Positions 1 to 12,730 of a stretch of DNA of 64,000 nucleotides are shown in pieces; position 1 is the first letter of the stretch; each line of letters begins with the position of its first letter. The translations under genes were made by a program, and so were the position numbers. The notes below the pieces were generated by a model. It worked only from the letters and a program-made list of their open reading frames with translations. It was not told the DNA's origin and did not search any database. The stretch covers positions 22,506,001 to 22,570,000 of the forward strand of contig OX597836.1 in NCBI GenBank assembly GCA_951406725.2, read 5' to 3'. Origin of the DNA: Octopus vulgaris. Its lineage: Eukaryota.

Positions 1-724
1 CATAGCTTTTTCCTCTTCATTGCCATCGGCATCAGCTTCATTGCCGCTGTTGTCATTATCTCCATCACCACTACAACCAAAAAGACATTGATGATGATGA
101 TCATATATATATATATACATACATACATTGTTTCTACATGTGTATATGTATATATATCATCATCATCATAAGCTTAGAAGAACAAGAGAAACACTCAACT
201 ACGTCTATTTGTACAAACACATGTATATGCTTTCTTATGTATATGTACCCATGTGTTTGCACACACACACACACAGATATATATACACTGACAAACATAT
301 GTACATGCACATATGCTCATACAGGCACACACACATCTACGCAACCTTGGGAGAAAAGCTAGTGGGTGTATAAACTGGAATGAATCATGCATCAAACCTT
401 ATCAGAAACTAGATTTGTTATCCTCCAGGGGTAGAAATTGCCCCCTTGAGGCAAAATTGACATCAGCTTTTGGCTTACTATATTGGTGTTATTTTTTAGC
501 CGAAGGTCTGCCCTATTCATAGCAAAGCAAATATGTGCTGCAACAAACATAAAAACAGTGAACATTAACTGAATGACAGACTAAGTGTTGGTATGGTGTG
601 TGATATTTTTAATATGTATATTGATTAGGACCTCAAAGTTTCACCAATCCGCTTGTTTGAACTGTTTAAATAAGCTGTCAAGTGAAATTTTGAAATTCCT
701 CTCAGTAAAATTATTCCATATATA

Positions 725-968
725 TATATATATAAATTTAAATTTAAGATGAGGGTGAGAAATTAGATATTAATTTAATTAACGTCGATTTCACACCAGT
801 GGTCCAGCATATAAAAAAACTAAAGGTTCAGTAAAATTGTATTATATACATATTAGAGGGAAACCACTGGTTGCTTTGCTAAATTTTTCTTGAGAACATT
901 TCTTAGTGGTAAGACCATAGCGGATCTATTTCTAGCATAAGGGGATCCACATAGTGGTTTCCCCTTAT
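725..968. mobile_element. Family H fragment (Penelope/retrozyme-like), two parts joined in inverted orientation, flanked by (TA)n
   Basis: 725-870 matches 30680-30820 directly; 875-968 matches the reverse complement of 30266-30366. Confidence 0.6.
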
Positions 969-988
969 ATGTATATATATATATATAA

Positions 989-1023
<35 letters not shown>

Positions 1024-1024
<1 letters not shown>

Positions 1025-1443
1025 TAGAAGTATAGCCTGGCATTGCTTGGGTTTGTTTTTTAGTTGCGCTTAAAAAGTTTTCACATAGTTTCAATCTCTT
1101 TTAAAAAGTAAAAATTTTGCATTATGTAGCTTGTTATTCTCTTTAAGTGAACATCTTTCTGATTGAAATACACCAAAAAATGGCGACAGAGCAGTAAAAA
1201 AATCGTTAAAAATAAGGATTTTCATAGAAAAAAAAAGCACCTTTTTGATGTAAATAATTTTTGGTCTTAACATGATCCGATTTGAATTTTTTATTCTATG
1301 GAAGGAAGAGCAAGCCTTTTTCTATCATACTCTCAATTTTGGTCAACTTGTGCCGCAGGGTCTCGGAGGAGATAGTGTTAGTTGAAGGCTACCAAACCTG
1401 CCACACACACACACACAGACAACTTCAGCTTTATATGTATAGA
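1024..1443 (-). mobile_element. Non-autonomous Helitron (about 420 bp)
   Basis: Minus strand starts TC (TCTATACATATAAAGCTGAAG) and ends CTAG, with a decayed GC hairpin (cccaagcaatgccagg) about 10 nt upstream. Inserted between A and T with no TSD; internal (CA)n. Confidence 0.7.
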
Positions 1444-1453
1444 TAAGATATTA

Positions 1454-1772
1454 GAGAAAGAGAAAGAAAAAGGAATCCATGAGATTTGTTATTGATCACT
1501 ATGATCATTTGGACCCATTGTGCATCAGGTCTTCATGGGTGAGATGCTGTACAAACCGTTCTAGAATGTAGTCTAACCAAAATAAAGGGAAATGCAGATT
1601 AAATAACAAGGTACCTTTTGACAAGTCACCCGACAAGGCATGTCTGCACCAAATGATGCACCACAACTATTTGTACAGAATCTCATCTACAAGGGACCGA
1701 TGCACAATTAATTGAAGCAATTGTAACGATTAATAAAGAATCTCATGAATTCCATTTTCTTTCTCTTTCTCA
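1454..1772. repeat. Diverged inverted-repeat pair (about 105-bp arms), Penelope-like terminal remnant
   Basis: 1454-1560 is the approximate reverse complement of 1669-1772. Confidence 0.55.
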
Positions 1773-1943
1773 CTTTGTGATAAATTCTATGGACCATGAA
1801 GGAATTCCTGAAGTAAATCCAATGGCATTTATATCCATATTGTTGTTGACATCAGGTAGCCAAATACAGTGAACAGGCTTTAAATGGCATACTACAAGGT
1901 GTATATCCAAATTTATAATTATTACTTCTATATATCTGTTTAT

Positions 1944-2200
1944 GTGGAGGTGCGTGGCTTAGTGGTTAGGGTGTCAGCATCACGATTGTAAGATTGTGGT
2001 TTCGATTCCTGGACCGGGCGACATGTGTTCTTGAGCAAAACATTTCATTTCACATTGCTCCAGTCCACTCAGCTGGCAAAAATGAGTAACGCTGTGATGG
2101 ACTAGCATCCCGTCCAGCTGGGGAACACATACGCCATTAAAACCGGGAAACTGGGCCCATGAGCCTGGCTAGGCTTTAAAAGGGTGCATTTATTTTTTAT
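1944..2200 (+). mobile_element. tRNA-derived SINE with CORE-like middle and V-domain-like 3' part
   Basis: A box TGGCTTAGTGG, B box GTTTCGATTCC; 'tcttgagcaaaacatttc...ctggcaaaaatgag' and 'tgtgatggactagcatcccgtccag' modules are shared with other copies in the window. Confidence 0.75.
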
Positions 2201-2271
2201 TTTATATCTGTTTATATGAGCAGTGGGAGGAGGCATGTGTAAATATGTATATATATATATATATATATATA

Positions 2272-2557
2272 TCACCGTGACCAACCAGGCTGTCAGATGT
2301 TGTTACACATCGCAGGTCACAATGCGCTTCGCATTGTTTTAGCCTTCAAAGGCTAAGCGAGCAGGCCAACAGAAGAAAGAGTGAGAGAAAGTTGTGGTGA
2401 AAGAGTACAACAGGGATTGCCACCACCCCCTGCTGGAGCCTCATGGAGCTTTAGGTTTGCGCTCAATAAACACTCACAACGCCCGGTCTGGGAATCGAAA
2501 CCGCGATCCTACGACCGCGAGTCCGCTGCCCTAACCAGTGGGCCATTGCACCTCCAC
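2272..2557 (-). mobile_element. tRNA-derived SINE, family C
   Basis: Head ggaggtgcaatggcccactggttagggcagcggactcgcggtcgtaggatcgcggtttcgattccc; homologous heads at 15611, 27618 and 36601. Confidence 0.8.
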
Positions 2558-2592
<35 letters not shown>

Positions 2593-2834
2593 ATCACACA
2601 CATACATAATCATGCACATACAAACACACACACACACACAAGACTTGGTTCTCCAATCAAGTGCAGTAACTCAAAGTAAACTGATTTGGACCCTGATGAC
2701 ACATTCAACCCATGGCAGTATGGAGAGTGGACAGAAAATGATTAATGATGACAACAACAAAGATGGTGATAACATAGAGGTACTTTTGGGAGATATTTGA
2801 ACGTTGGAATATATTTGAAGCTTAAGTGGGGGTG

Positions 2835-3256
2835 AAATGAGAGAGAGGCACAGAATGAGAGAAGCAAAGAGACAGACAGGTAGAAAGAAAGAGCAATAGA
2901 AACAGAGAGAGAGAGAGAGAAAAGAGAAAGAGAGAGAGAGGTAGACAAATAGTCAGACTGCAAATATACAAAGTGATAGAAAGAAAGACAGATAGACTGA
3001 AAGAGAGAGATAGACTGAGAAAGAGAAAGAGAGAAAAAAGAGAGAATGAAAGACAGACTGTGAGAGAAATAGATAGACAAAGAAAGAGACAGATAGAAAG
3101 AAAGACTAAGAGAACAAGGAAAAAGATAGAGAGACAGATATACTGACACAGTGAGAGAGAGAGGGAAGAAGAGAGAGAGGAAGAGAGAGAGAGAAAAGAA
3201 GAGAGAAAGAGAGAGAGAGAGAGAAGAAGAGAGAGAGAGAAGAAGAGAGAGAGAGA

Positions 3257-3288
<32 letters not shown>

Positions 3289-3480
3289 AGAGAGATAAGA
3301 GAAGAAGAGAGAGAGAGAGAAGAGAGAAAGAGAAAGAAGAAGAGAGAGAGAAGAAGAGAGAAAGAGAGAGAAAGAAAGACAGATAGATATACAAGTATCA
3401 AGAGAAAGAGAAAGAGAGAGAGAGAGAGAGATGTATTGAGTGGAGAGAAAGAGAGTGGGGGGGGGAAGCAAATAGACAAA
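2835..3480. repeat. (GA)n/(GAAA)n polypurine tract
   Basis: Directly visible. Confidence 0.95.
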
Positions 3481-3737
3481 GAAAGAACAACAAAAAAAAA
3501 AAACCAAATCGAGCCGAAATAAATTCCTTGAAATCTTAATTAACTCTAAACAGGAAACTGGCATCAGTCTGCAAGAGTTTCTGGAAATGTTTAAGAATAA
3601 GAAACAAAATCCCTGGCGATGGCTTTGTGTGTGTCTTCCTTTTAACATGTCTGAATAAATAGGGACCCCATTAAGTTGGGGAGTTGTTCAAGAGAAGTAG
3701 CGAGGAGAATACAGAGGGCAAGGGTGGAGTGTGGCAT

Positions 3738-3920
3738 GTGGTGGTGGTGGTGGTGGTGGTGATGGTGATGGTGGTGGTGGTGGTGGTGGTGATGGCGGTA
3801 GTGGTGATGGTGGTGGTGGTGGTGGTGATGGCAGTAGTGGTGGTGGTGGTGGTAGTGGTGGTGATGGTGGTGGTGGTGATGGTGGTGGTGGTGATGGTGG
3901 TGGTGGTGGTGGTGGGGTGG
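3738..3920. repeat. (GGT)n/(GAT) microsatellite
   Basis: Directly visible. Confidence 0.95.
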
Positions 3921-4257
3921 GATCTAATATGTCTTCTCATCTTTCATGAAATAAACCATGTTTTGTGTTTTTGACATCGCAAGACTAAGCGGAACCAGAT
4001 TTTTACCATTGTTTGTTTGTTTGTCTTTTGTTGTTTATTTTTTTAAATTTTATTTTGTCATTTCCCAGTTGTAGAATCATATGAATTTTATTGGATTTAT
4101 AGAATGTGAATGTGTGTGCGTGTGTGTGTGTGTATGTGTGTGTGTGTGTGTGCGTGCATATGTGAGAGAGAAAGAGATATTAAATAGAAAATGAAAGAAT
4201 GCCAGCAATATTTTCAATCTATAAGTGCATGGATAGATATAAATTTATAAAGGCACT

Positions 4258-4846
4258 AAGGTGGCTGTGTGGTGAGAAGTCTACTTCCCAACTACATCGT
4301 TCAGGGTTCAGTCCCACTGTGTTGCACCTTGGGCAAGTGCTTCTACTATAGCCTTGGGCCAACCAAAGCCTTGTGAGTGGACTTGGTGAGTGGATTTGGA
4401 CAGAAACTGAAAGGAGCCCATCATATATATGTGTGTGTGTACGGGTCTTCTTTACATATTTCGGTCATATTATGAGGAGAAAATCCCTGGAGAAGGACAT
4501 CTTGCTCGAAATGGTCAGTGGCAAGAGAGGAAGAGGCCGACCAAGAACCCACTGGCTTGACACCATCAAGAGTGATACCGGAATGGACATGGCCAATCTG
4601 AAAGAAGCGGCCCAGGATAGAACTGACTGGAGGACACTGATTCAACGAGTGACCGAGAGTCGACTTCGACTGAGCAGATAGAGATAGACTGTTGGTGTGT
4701 TTATGTCCCTATGACCTAGCAGTTTGGCAAAAGAGATCAAGAAAATAAGTAGCAGGCTTAAGAAATAAAAAAAAATTCTGGGTTTGACTCATTCAACAAA
4801 AATTCTTCAAGGTGGTACCCTAGCATGGCCGCAGTCTAATGTTGAA
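4258..4846 (+). mobile_element. SINE family A (tRNA head, internal TA/TG microsatellite, tail), interrupted by an RTE fragment
   Basis: gtggctgtgtggtgag A box, ggttcagtccc B box, cttgggcaagtg, and tail ggtggtaccctagcatggccgcagtc. Confidence 0.85.
4443..4690 (+). pseudogene. RTE-clade LINE 3' fragment (ORF C-terminus)
   Basis: YFGHIMRR..LEKDILL..VSGKRGRGRPRTHWLDTIK..AAQDRTDWR is a typical RTE/BovB C-terminus; (GATA) tail. Confidence 0.9.
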
Positions 4847-5954
4847 CCTATTTGTATCCCATTATGACATGCAGAGACACAGGGGATTAAAGACTGCAAG
4901 GACACAAAATAAAGACTTGATCCATTTTATTTTAACAGATTGATGTCTTTAAAGGGTCAGAGAACCTCAGAAATATCTTTTGACCAATGAACCCCAGGTC
5001 AGCCCTGATCCAGATGACCCATAACCAAAGACATTCCAGTCATGAATCTCCAGTCTCATTTTCTGTCACAGTGTATCTCAGACTACATTATTTAAAGTGT
5101 CCTACCTTTTTAAAGTTTAATGTCTCTATAGAGTAAATGCATTCAATGAGCCCAAGCTCAGATTTGATCCAGCAAATATGTGATCAAAGATGTTCTAGCT
5201 GAGACCTTCCCATCTTATTTTAAGATACTGTGCATCTAGGACTGCATTATCTAATGTGCTCGTCCTTTTTCTTAAAACAGTGAGAGAAATTGAAGAGAGA
5301 TTCGACAGCTGTTTCAAGCAGGTTGTGTGATAGAATAAGTACCAGACTTTAAAAATGAATAAGTCCTGGGGTCAGTTAGTTCAACAAAATTTCTCAAGGT
5401 GGTGCTCCAGCATGGCTGCAGCCTAATGGCTGAAATGAAATAAAATGTTCCACCAATTTATAACACTCAACTGGTTCCTTTTTTTATTGACCCCTAAAAT
5501 GATGAAAAGCAGACTACAGGGGATCAGAAAAAACATCACAAAACATTCTATCAAACTCAGTAGGGGCTCTACCAATCTCCCCTACCACAGCCAATCTATC
5601 AAGGACTGTTATATCTAAAATGATTTTGCCTCTCTTTGTTTTATTCTCCAAACATCAGGAAGTGATTTGAGAGAGGTTTGAGTGTTATTTCTAGCAGACC
5701 AAGGTGATTATATAAGAAACACCCTTTCCTTGCCTCCATCGTCCTCGTTGACAACTGGCAGTGGAAGTGGGAAAAATTCGAGATGGTGGGGGAGGGCAGT
5801 AAATATGGATATGTAGGTTGTTATATTTTGTGATAAGGTATTTTACTGTAGAAGTTTTAAGAGGCAAATACACCCTAAAAAATACTGAGACTGGCGAGAG
5901 ACACACCATTGAAACTTGGCTTACAACACACACACACATCCACACACACACAGT

Positions 5955-7230
5955 CTTTTTTCTTGTTATTTCCTTCCTTCCTTCCTTTTTTTCTTCCTTC
6001 CTTCCTTCCTTCCGTCCTTTCTTTCTTTCTTTCTTACTTCCTTCTTTCCTTTCGTCCTTTCTTTCTTCTTTCCTTTCTTCCTTTCTTCTTTCCTTTCTTT
6101 CTTTGTTCCTTCCTTCCTTACTTCCTTCCTTCTTTCCTTTCTTCCTTCCTTCCTTCATTCATTCATTCCTTCCTTCCTTCCGTCCTTTCTTTCTTCCTTC
6201 CTTCATTCCTTTCTTTCTTCCTTCCTTCTTTCCTTTCTTCCTGCCTTCCTTCATTTCTTCCTTCCTTCCTTCCTTTCTTTCTTTCTTTCTTTCTTCCTTC
6301 CTTCCTTTCTTCCTTCCATACTTCCTTCCTTCCTTTCTTTCTTTCTTCCTTCCATCCTTCCTTCCTTCCTTTCTTTCTTTTTTCCTTCCTTCCTTCCTTC
6401 CTTTCTTCCTTCCTTCCTTCCTTCCTTTCTTCCTTCCTTCCTTTCTTCCTTCCTTCCTGCCTTCCTTCATTCCTTCCTTCCTTTCTTTCTTCCTTCCATC
6501 CTTCCTGCCTTCCTTCCTTCCTTCCTTTCTTCCTTCCTGCCTTTCTTTCTTCCTTCCTTCCTTTTTCTTCCTTCCTTCCTTCCATTCTTTCTTTCTTCTA
6601 TCCTCTCTAACATTCTGTCCCCATTCTGTCTCTCCTTGTTTCATCTCTCTTTCTCTTTTGCTCTGTAGGCCATCCTTTCTCTCTTTTTCTTTCTTTCTTT
6701 CTCTCTTTCTTTCTCTCCTTCTCTCTCTTTCTCTACTTCCTCCTCTCTTTCTTTCTCTCTCTCCCACACTTTCTCTCTTTCCCTCCCTATATCTTCATCT
6801 CTCTCTCTCTCTTTCCCTCCCTATATCTTCATCTCTTTCGTTCTCTCTCTCCCACACTTTCTCTCTTTCCCTCCCTATATCTTCATCTCTTTCGTTCTCT
6901 CTCTCCCACACTTTCTCTCTTTCCCTCCCTATGTCTTCATCTCTCTCTCTCTCCCACACTTTCTCTCTTTCCCTCCCTATATCTTCATCTCTTTCTCTCA
7001 CTTTCTCTCCTTCCCTCCCTAAATCTTCATCTCTCTTTCTCTACTTCCTCCTCTCTTTCTCTCTCTCTCACTTTCTCTCTTTCCCTCCCTATATCTTCAT
7101 CTCTCTCTCTCTCTCTCTCTCTCTCACTTTCTCTCTTTCCCTCCCTATATCTTCATCTCTCTTGCTCTTTCCCTCCCTCTCCCTCTCTCTCTCTCCCATT
7201 CTTTCTTTCCTCCTTCCCATTCACCATCTC
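5955..7230. repeat. 1.27-kb polypyrimidine tract: (TTCC)n/(TTTC)n followed by an approximately 50-bp TC minisatellite
   Basis: Unit ctctttccctccctatatcttcatctct...cacacttt recurs about 8 times in 6760-7160. Confidence 0.95.
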
Positions 7231-7602
7231 TGACTTCTTGATTTCTGAAAACAACTGTTTATAGTCAACACTCAAAATAGGTTTCATAGGGACAAACAGA
7301 CAGACGGGCAAACAGACAGACAAACTGCTTACTCATATTACAGACTGATAATGCAACACCACCAACACCACCACCAACACCAAAAACACCACCACCCACC
7401 ACCACCACCATTACCCTGCCCCTTTCTGTGACACAGACAGCCCTTATGACCCAGCCATATGAAAGCTGGGTACAATTTAGCCTCACTCTACTAATGTAAA
7501 CCCCTATTTTTATCTATAAGCCTATATACTACTCTACAAACTAACATATACACATACCTATTTGTCTTTCTCACCTTTCTGTCTATCTGTAGACCTATAT
7601 TC

Positions 7603-7660
<58 letters not shown>

Positions 7661-7753
7661 GTCTGTCTGTCTGTCTATCTATCTCTCTATCTATCTATCT
7701 ATCTATCTATCTGCCTGTTTATCTATCTATCTATTTACCTATCTATCTATCTA

Positions 7754-7817
<64 letters not shown>

Positions 7818-7825
7818 TCTGTCTA

Positions 7826-8326
7826 TCTGGTCAATCACTCAACTTCTTCAAGTATCACTTGAAGAGGAAGGTGAGAGTAGAGAGGGAAGTTTTGTCAAGT
7901 GAAGGCTTCAAAAAAAGATGGGTGAATGTAGCAAGAATGGAACATGTGAATGACGGAGCCAGTTTGAGCATAATCCTATGAACCAAAAGAAAAAAAAAAT
8001 GAAAGGAAAAAAAGCGACCCACTTACTGTAATGTGTTTTCTTTTTGCATGACACTATTGCCCAAGGTTCCTGTGGTCTTTTCCGTAGGCTTTTCTATCCA
8101 CGGACAAACCTAATCTGTTCTCCCCTTTTACATTGACATTACTGTGATACACGATCCCTATTGATTAGCCCCACTTACATTTTTTTTCTTTTTCCCCACG
8201 ATCCCTTTTAATTGGAATTCCCCCCCTTTTTTGCTTTTTCCCCCTTCTCTTCTTCCCCAAAAAGAAAAGCTCTACTTTGTATTTTGTCCCTTGTGTTTAG
8301 CCCTGTGTGGCCAATAAAGAAATCTG

Positions 8327-8381
<55 letters not shown>

Positions 8382-8590
8382 CTATCTATCTATCTATTTT
8401 TTTTTTATTTATTTATTTTTTTTGTTTTTTGTTCTTTTCTTCCCTTTTACGATCCCTCTTGATCGAAAACCTATGCCACCCCCCCCTTTTTTTTTCTTTT
8501 TCTTTCGTTTTTTTCATCCCCCAAAAGAAAAGCTCTACCTTGTAACTTGTCCCATCTGTGTGCAGCCCTGTGTGGCCAATAAAGAAACAT
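7826..8590 (+). mobile_element. L1/Tx1-type LINE 3' end (ORF2 C-terminus, 3' UTR and a second 3'-UTR fragment) embedded in (TATC)n
   Basis: Non-repetitive peptide [35 protein letters not shown] (F..RW terminal motif of L1/Tx1 ORF2), stop at 7981, T-rich UTR, AATAAA at about 8313 and 8578, each followed by (TATC)n. Confidence 0.6.
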
Positions 8591-8595
8591 ATCTT

Positions 8596-8628
<33 letters not shown>

Positions 8629-8805
8629 TCTATTTATTTCATTTCTATCTATCTATATACCTATCTTTCTTTCTTTCTTTTTCTCTATCTTATTTCTGTC
8701 ATTAGACCGTGACCATGCTGGGGCATCGCCTTGAAGGATTTTGGTGAAATGAATCAACCCCAGTATTTTCTTTTTATTTTAAGCTTTGTACTTATTTTAT
8801 CAGTT

Positions 8806-9150
8806 GATTATATCGACCCCAGTGCATAACTGGTACTTATTTAATTGGCCCCGAAAGGATGAAAAGCAAAGTCAACCTCGGCGGAATTTGAACTCAGAAC
8901 GTAGTGACAGATAAAATACTTATTTCTTTATTACCCACAAGGGGCTAAACACAGAGGGGACAAACAAGAACAGACATAGGTATTAATTCGATTACATCGA
9001 CCCCAGTGCGTAACTGGTACTTAATTTATTGACCCCGAAAGGATGAAAGGCAAAGTCGACCTCGGTGGAATTTGAACTCACAACGTAACGCAGATGAAAT
9101 ACCGCTAAGCATTTCACCCGGCGTGCTAACGTTTCTGCCTGCTCGCCGCC
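8806..9150 (-). mobile_element. SINE family B (tRNA-like head, Meta-like domain), 1.5-mer
   Basis: ggcggcgagcaggcagaaacgttagc head, gagttcaaattcc B box, gtcgactttgcctttcatcctttcggggtc..taagtaccag domain; a partial second unit follows. Confidence 0.85.
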
Positions 9151-9566
9151 TATTATATTTTTATAATTAGAGATTATTTGGAATTGCACAAAAATAAATT
9201 AAAATATTTTGTGTATTGTAGAAGTATAACCAATTTATTGCAGACAAATTTTAACAACAAAATCTTATATGGAGCCCCCCCCCCCCCGAAAGTGATGTGA
9301 TCCTTGGTTGGGACCCACTGATCTAGGTAGTAAGGCTGCTGGTGCAGAGCTGGCTTGTAATTAGTGTAGAATGACTCATTAGCCCTTTGCAAGCCTTCAA
9401 ACCCATATGAGATATCATTGTCAATGAAGAGACCAAACTTGAGATTGCTTATTAGAATGAAATGGTTTTAGGAAGGGGTCAAACTCTACCATGGGTAGAC
9501 TTCCACCATGTGTGTGTGCACATATAGGCATCTTCCTTTTATGTCTCTAAGACAGTTGGTTATTAT

Positions 9567-9795
9567 TTAACCCTTTCCTTACCAACCCGGCTGAAACCGG
9601 CTCTGGCTCTGAGTACAAATGTCTTGTTTTCATAAGTTCTGAATTAAAACCTTCCACCAAACCTTAGTCATAATTTATGTTCCTAACACTAGCTGAATGA
9701 CAACTAAGTTATTTTACTAAGTTCTTTGTTACATCTAAAATTAATTGAAAGAAACACAGAGCATCTCAAAATAAATACAGTAACGAAAGTGTTAA
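9567..9795. mobile_element. piggyBac-type MITE1 (about 221 bp) with TTAA TSD
   Basis: TTAA-ccctttccttac ... gtaacgaaagtg-TTAA; second copy at 49618-50079. Confidence 0.85.
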
Positions 9796-10199
9796 AGGAG
9801 ATTCAGCTCCGATTTCTAACTCATCACACAACTATGTTGACAGGTCCCTCATTGGCTAATCTAAATAGGGATACATTTAAGTAGGTACAACTGGTAACAC
9901 GATTCACCATTCTCTGCAGCCATAGTGTTGTGGAGTAGATGACTGTTCTTGGAACCAACCTTGCACAGATGAATACCATTTCTCCCGCAGGAAAATCAAA
10001 ACCCTCATTCAGTAGGATATTTATCTACTTAATGGAACGCCCCACTCCACCGGAAACTTGAGAGATAAGCAATATCCCTAGGGATGGCTGTGATTCAGAA
10101 AAATGGTTAATAATACTTAGCAAGAGTCTTTCGGGTCTTTGTTTTTTTGTCAATTCCATCTTTTGCCTGACTTGTATTCTTTCTCTAAGTATCTTACTT

Positions 10200-10266
10200 T
10201 CTCTCTCTCTCTCCATAGATATGTGTGTGTGCGTGCGTGTGTGCACATGCATGCAGGCATGTCTAA

Positions 10267-10346
<80 letters not shown>

Positions 10347-10542
10347 GTATATATATATATATGTATATGTATATATATATATGTGTGTGTGTGTATGTGT
10401 CTGTGTGCGTGTGTGTGTGTGTGTGCTGTGTGTTTAGACATGCATGTCTAAACATATATATATATATATATATAGATAGATAGATATAGATATACATGTA
10501 TGTGTGTATATATATATATACATATATATACACACATATATG

Positions 10543-10580
<38 letters not shown>

Positions 10581-10766
10581 TACACATATGTATATATATA
10601 TACATATACACATACGAATATAATTCCACTTTGTCATAGTATGTCTATGTACACACACACACACATAATCCTGCTTTGCTATACCAATACTGATAACCAG
10701 TTGTTAAGCCTCCAAGACTGTTACACTTCACAATGTGTGTATATAATCATGGAAAAAATGGACATT

Positions 10767-10840
<74 letters not shown>

Positions 10841-10842
10841 TA

Positions 10843-10913
<71 letters not shown>

Positions 10914-10960
10914 CATATATATATACATACATATATATATATTTCATATATATATATATA

Positions 10961-10992
<32 letters not shown>

Positions 10993-11085
10993 CGTACATA
11001 TATATATACATACATATATATATATGTATGTATATATTATACACACATACATTCACATATATTCATGCACACACACACACACACC
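10200..11085. repeat. Compound (TA)n/(TG)n/(CA)n microsatellite region
   Basis: Directly visible. Confidence 0.95.
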
Positions 11086-11407
11086 TTTACTATACATCCT
11101 TCTCATTTCCACTCTCTGCCTCTCTGTATTTTCCTCTCCTCTCTTTTACATTCCATCTTGCTGTAGATGTCGATCCATTTTCCTCCCTCCATCTTGTTCT
11201 CCCTTCCTTTTTTCCTTTCCTTCTTCTTAAGACTCCCCCCCAACAACACTTTCCTCCTCTGTCTGTCTGTCTGTCTGTCTATCCATTGTATCATTGAAAA
11301 AAGCTCCTCTTGGAATTCTAGCTATTCATTTGTGGTTTGTAACAGTGGAAGATAAGTCAGCAATGTTCTCCACATGTCATCCACTTTCTACCATAGCTAT
11401 TCGGTTA

Positions 11408-12605
11408 TACTGGGTCATCCCAGAAATAATGCAGTTTTTTTTCACTTGCATGACTGTCAGAGGAGGACAGGATAAACTACCTGCATCAACTTACTTTATA
11501 GCAGGAAGTAATTTTACCTTGTCCTTATTCTTAGTGCAAGTTTTGAAGAGTGCAGTTCGATTTTAACAGTTATTTTTTCAAAGCTGTAATGCAAATGACA
11601 AAGGAGCATATTTGGCATATTTTGTTTTATGAGTTCAATAAAGGCAGCAATGCAATGGAAATTGCAAGGAATATTAATGCAGAATATGGGGATCGGACAA
11701 TAAACTTAAGCCAGTGTCATCGGTGGTTCCAGAAATTCTGAGCTGGAAACTACAGCCTAGAAGATGAACCTCGTCCTAGAAGATCTGTAGAGCTCAACGA
11801 GGATGTCTTGCAAACCCTGGTGGAACAAAATCCCATCGTAACTTTTGAGGAACTAGCGGAGAAGCTTGGATTTGGTCATTCAACCATTCACTGACACCTG
11901 TGTGCAATCGGAAAAGTTAGAAAATTGGGTCAATGGGTTTTTCACAAACTTTCCAAGTCTAATCACATACACAGAGAGTGAATGTGTGCTCTTCTTTGCT
12001 GTCACATCTCAGGAATGAGCCTTTTCTGGACCGAATAGTGACTGGTGACGAAAAATAGGTTCTCTATAAAAATGTCAAGCAGTGAAGACAGTGGGTAGGG
12101 AAAGGAGAAACACCTGCACCCCAGGCTAAAGAAGGTCTTCATTCACATAAGGGGTTGTTATTTGTTTGGTAAGATATGTAAGGTTTAGTCCACTTTGAAC
12201 TTTTAAACTGAAACTAAACGATAACAAAGGAGATCTACTGCAAGCAGCTTAAGTAAGTGATAGAAGAAAACAACCATCTCTGGCTTCAAGACAAAAGGTG
12301 TTCTTCCATCAGGATAATGCTTGGCCACATACAGCGAGGATGACATTGCAAAGGGTGGAGCAGTTTGAATGAGAAATGATGCCCCATCCACCAGACATAG
12401 CCTTATCTGATTATCATTTATTATGCAGCCTTCAAAATCATTTAGATGGAAAAAATATGAATTCTGTAGACGAGGTCAGAACAGTACTGGAGGAGTATTT
12501 TTCATCATGGACAAGTGAATTTTGAAAGAGGGGCCTTGCAAGTCTGCCTCATAGATGGAAAAGCATTGTAGAAAATGAAGGAGAGTATATTTTAGATTAA
12601 AAAAG
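11408..12605 (+). mobile_element. mariner (Tc1/mariner, DD34D-type) transposon; transposase pseudogene 11590-12600; right TIR missing where a SINE begins
   Basis: TA + ctgggtcatcccagaaataatgc left end; HTH region (EHIWHILFYEF..RWFQKF..SLEDEPR), WVFHKL, IVTGDEK, FFHQDNAWPH, PDIALSDYHL, GEYILD*; several stops and frameshifts. Confidence 0.93.
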
Positions 12606-12730
12606 AAGGCTTTGGTCAGCCCGAGGCTATATAGTAAATGACACTTGCCCAAGGTGCCATGCAGTGGGACTGAACCTGGAACCATGTGGTTGGTAGCAAG
12701 CCTCTTACCACACAGCCACGCCTGTGCCTA
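12606..12730 (-). mobile_element. SINE A, head portion
   Basis: Reverse complement of the family A head. Confidence 0.85.

Noticed and set aside
3518-3657. Frame reading ..KQETGISLQEFLEMFKNKKQNPWRW after a possible cag acceptor, faintly EF-hand-like
   Set aside because: No EF loop residues, weak polypyrimidine tract and no neighbouring exons; not supportable without RNA-seq.
9225-9320. Possible hAT MITE end (ggttgggacccactg)
   Set aside because: No matching opposite terminus or 8-bp TSD found.
10025-10200. Minus-strand peptide KKQRPERLLLSII resembling adenylyl cyclase ERLLLS
   Set aside because: Six-residue match only, followed by unrelated sequence and a stop; no convincing splice sites.
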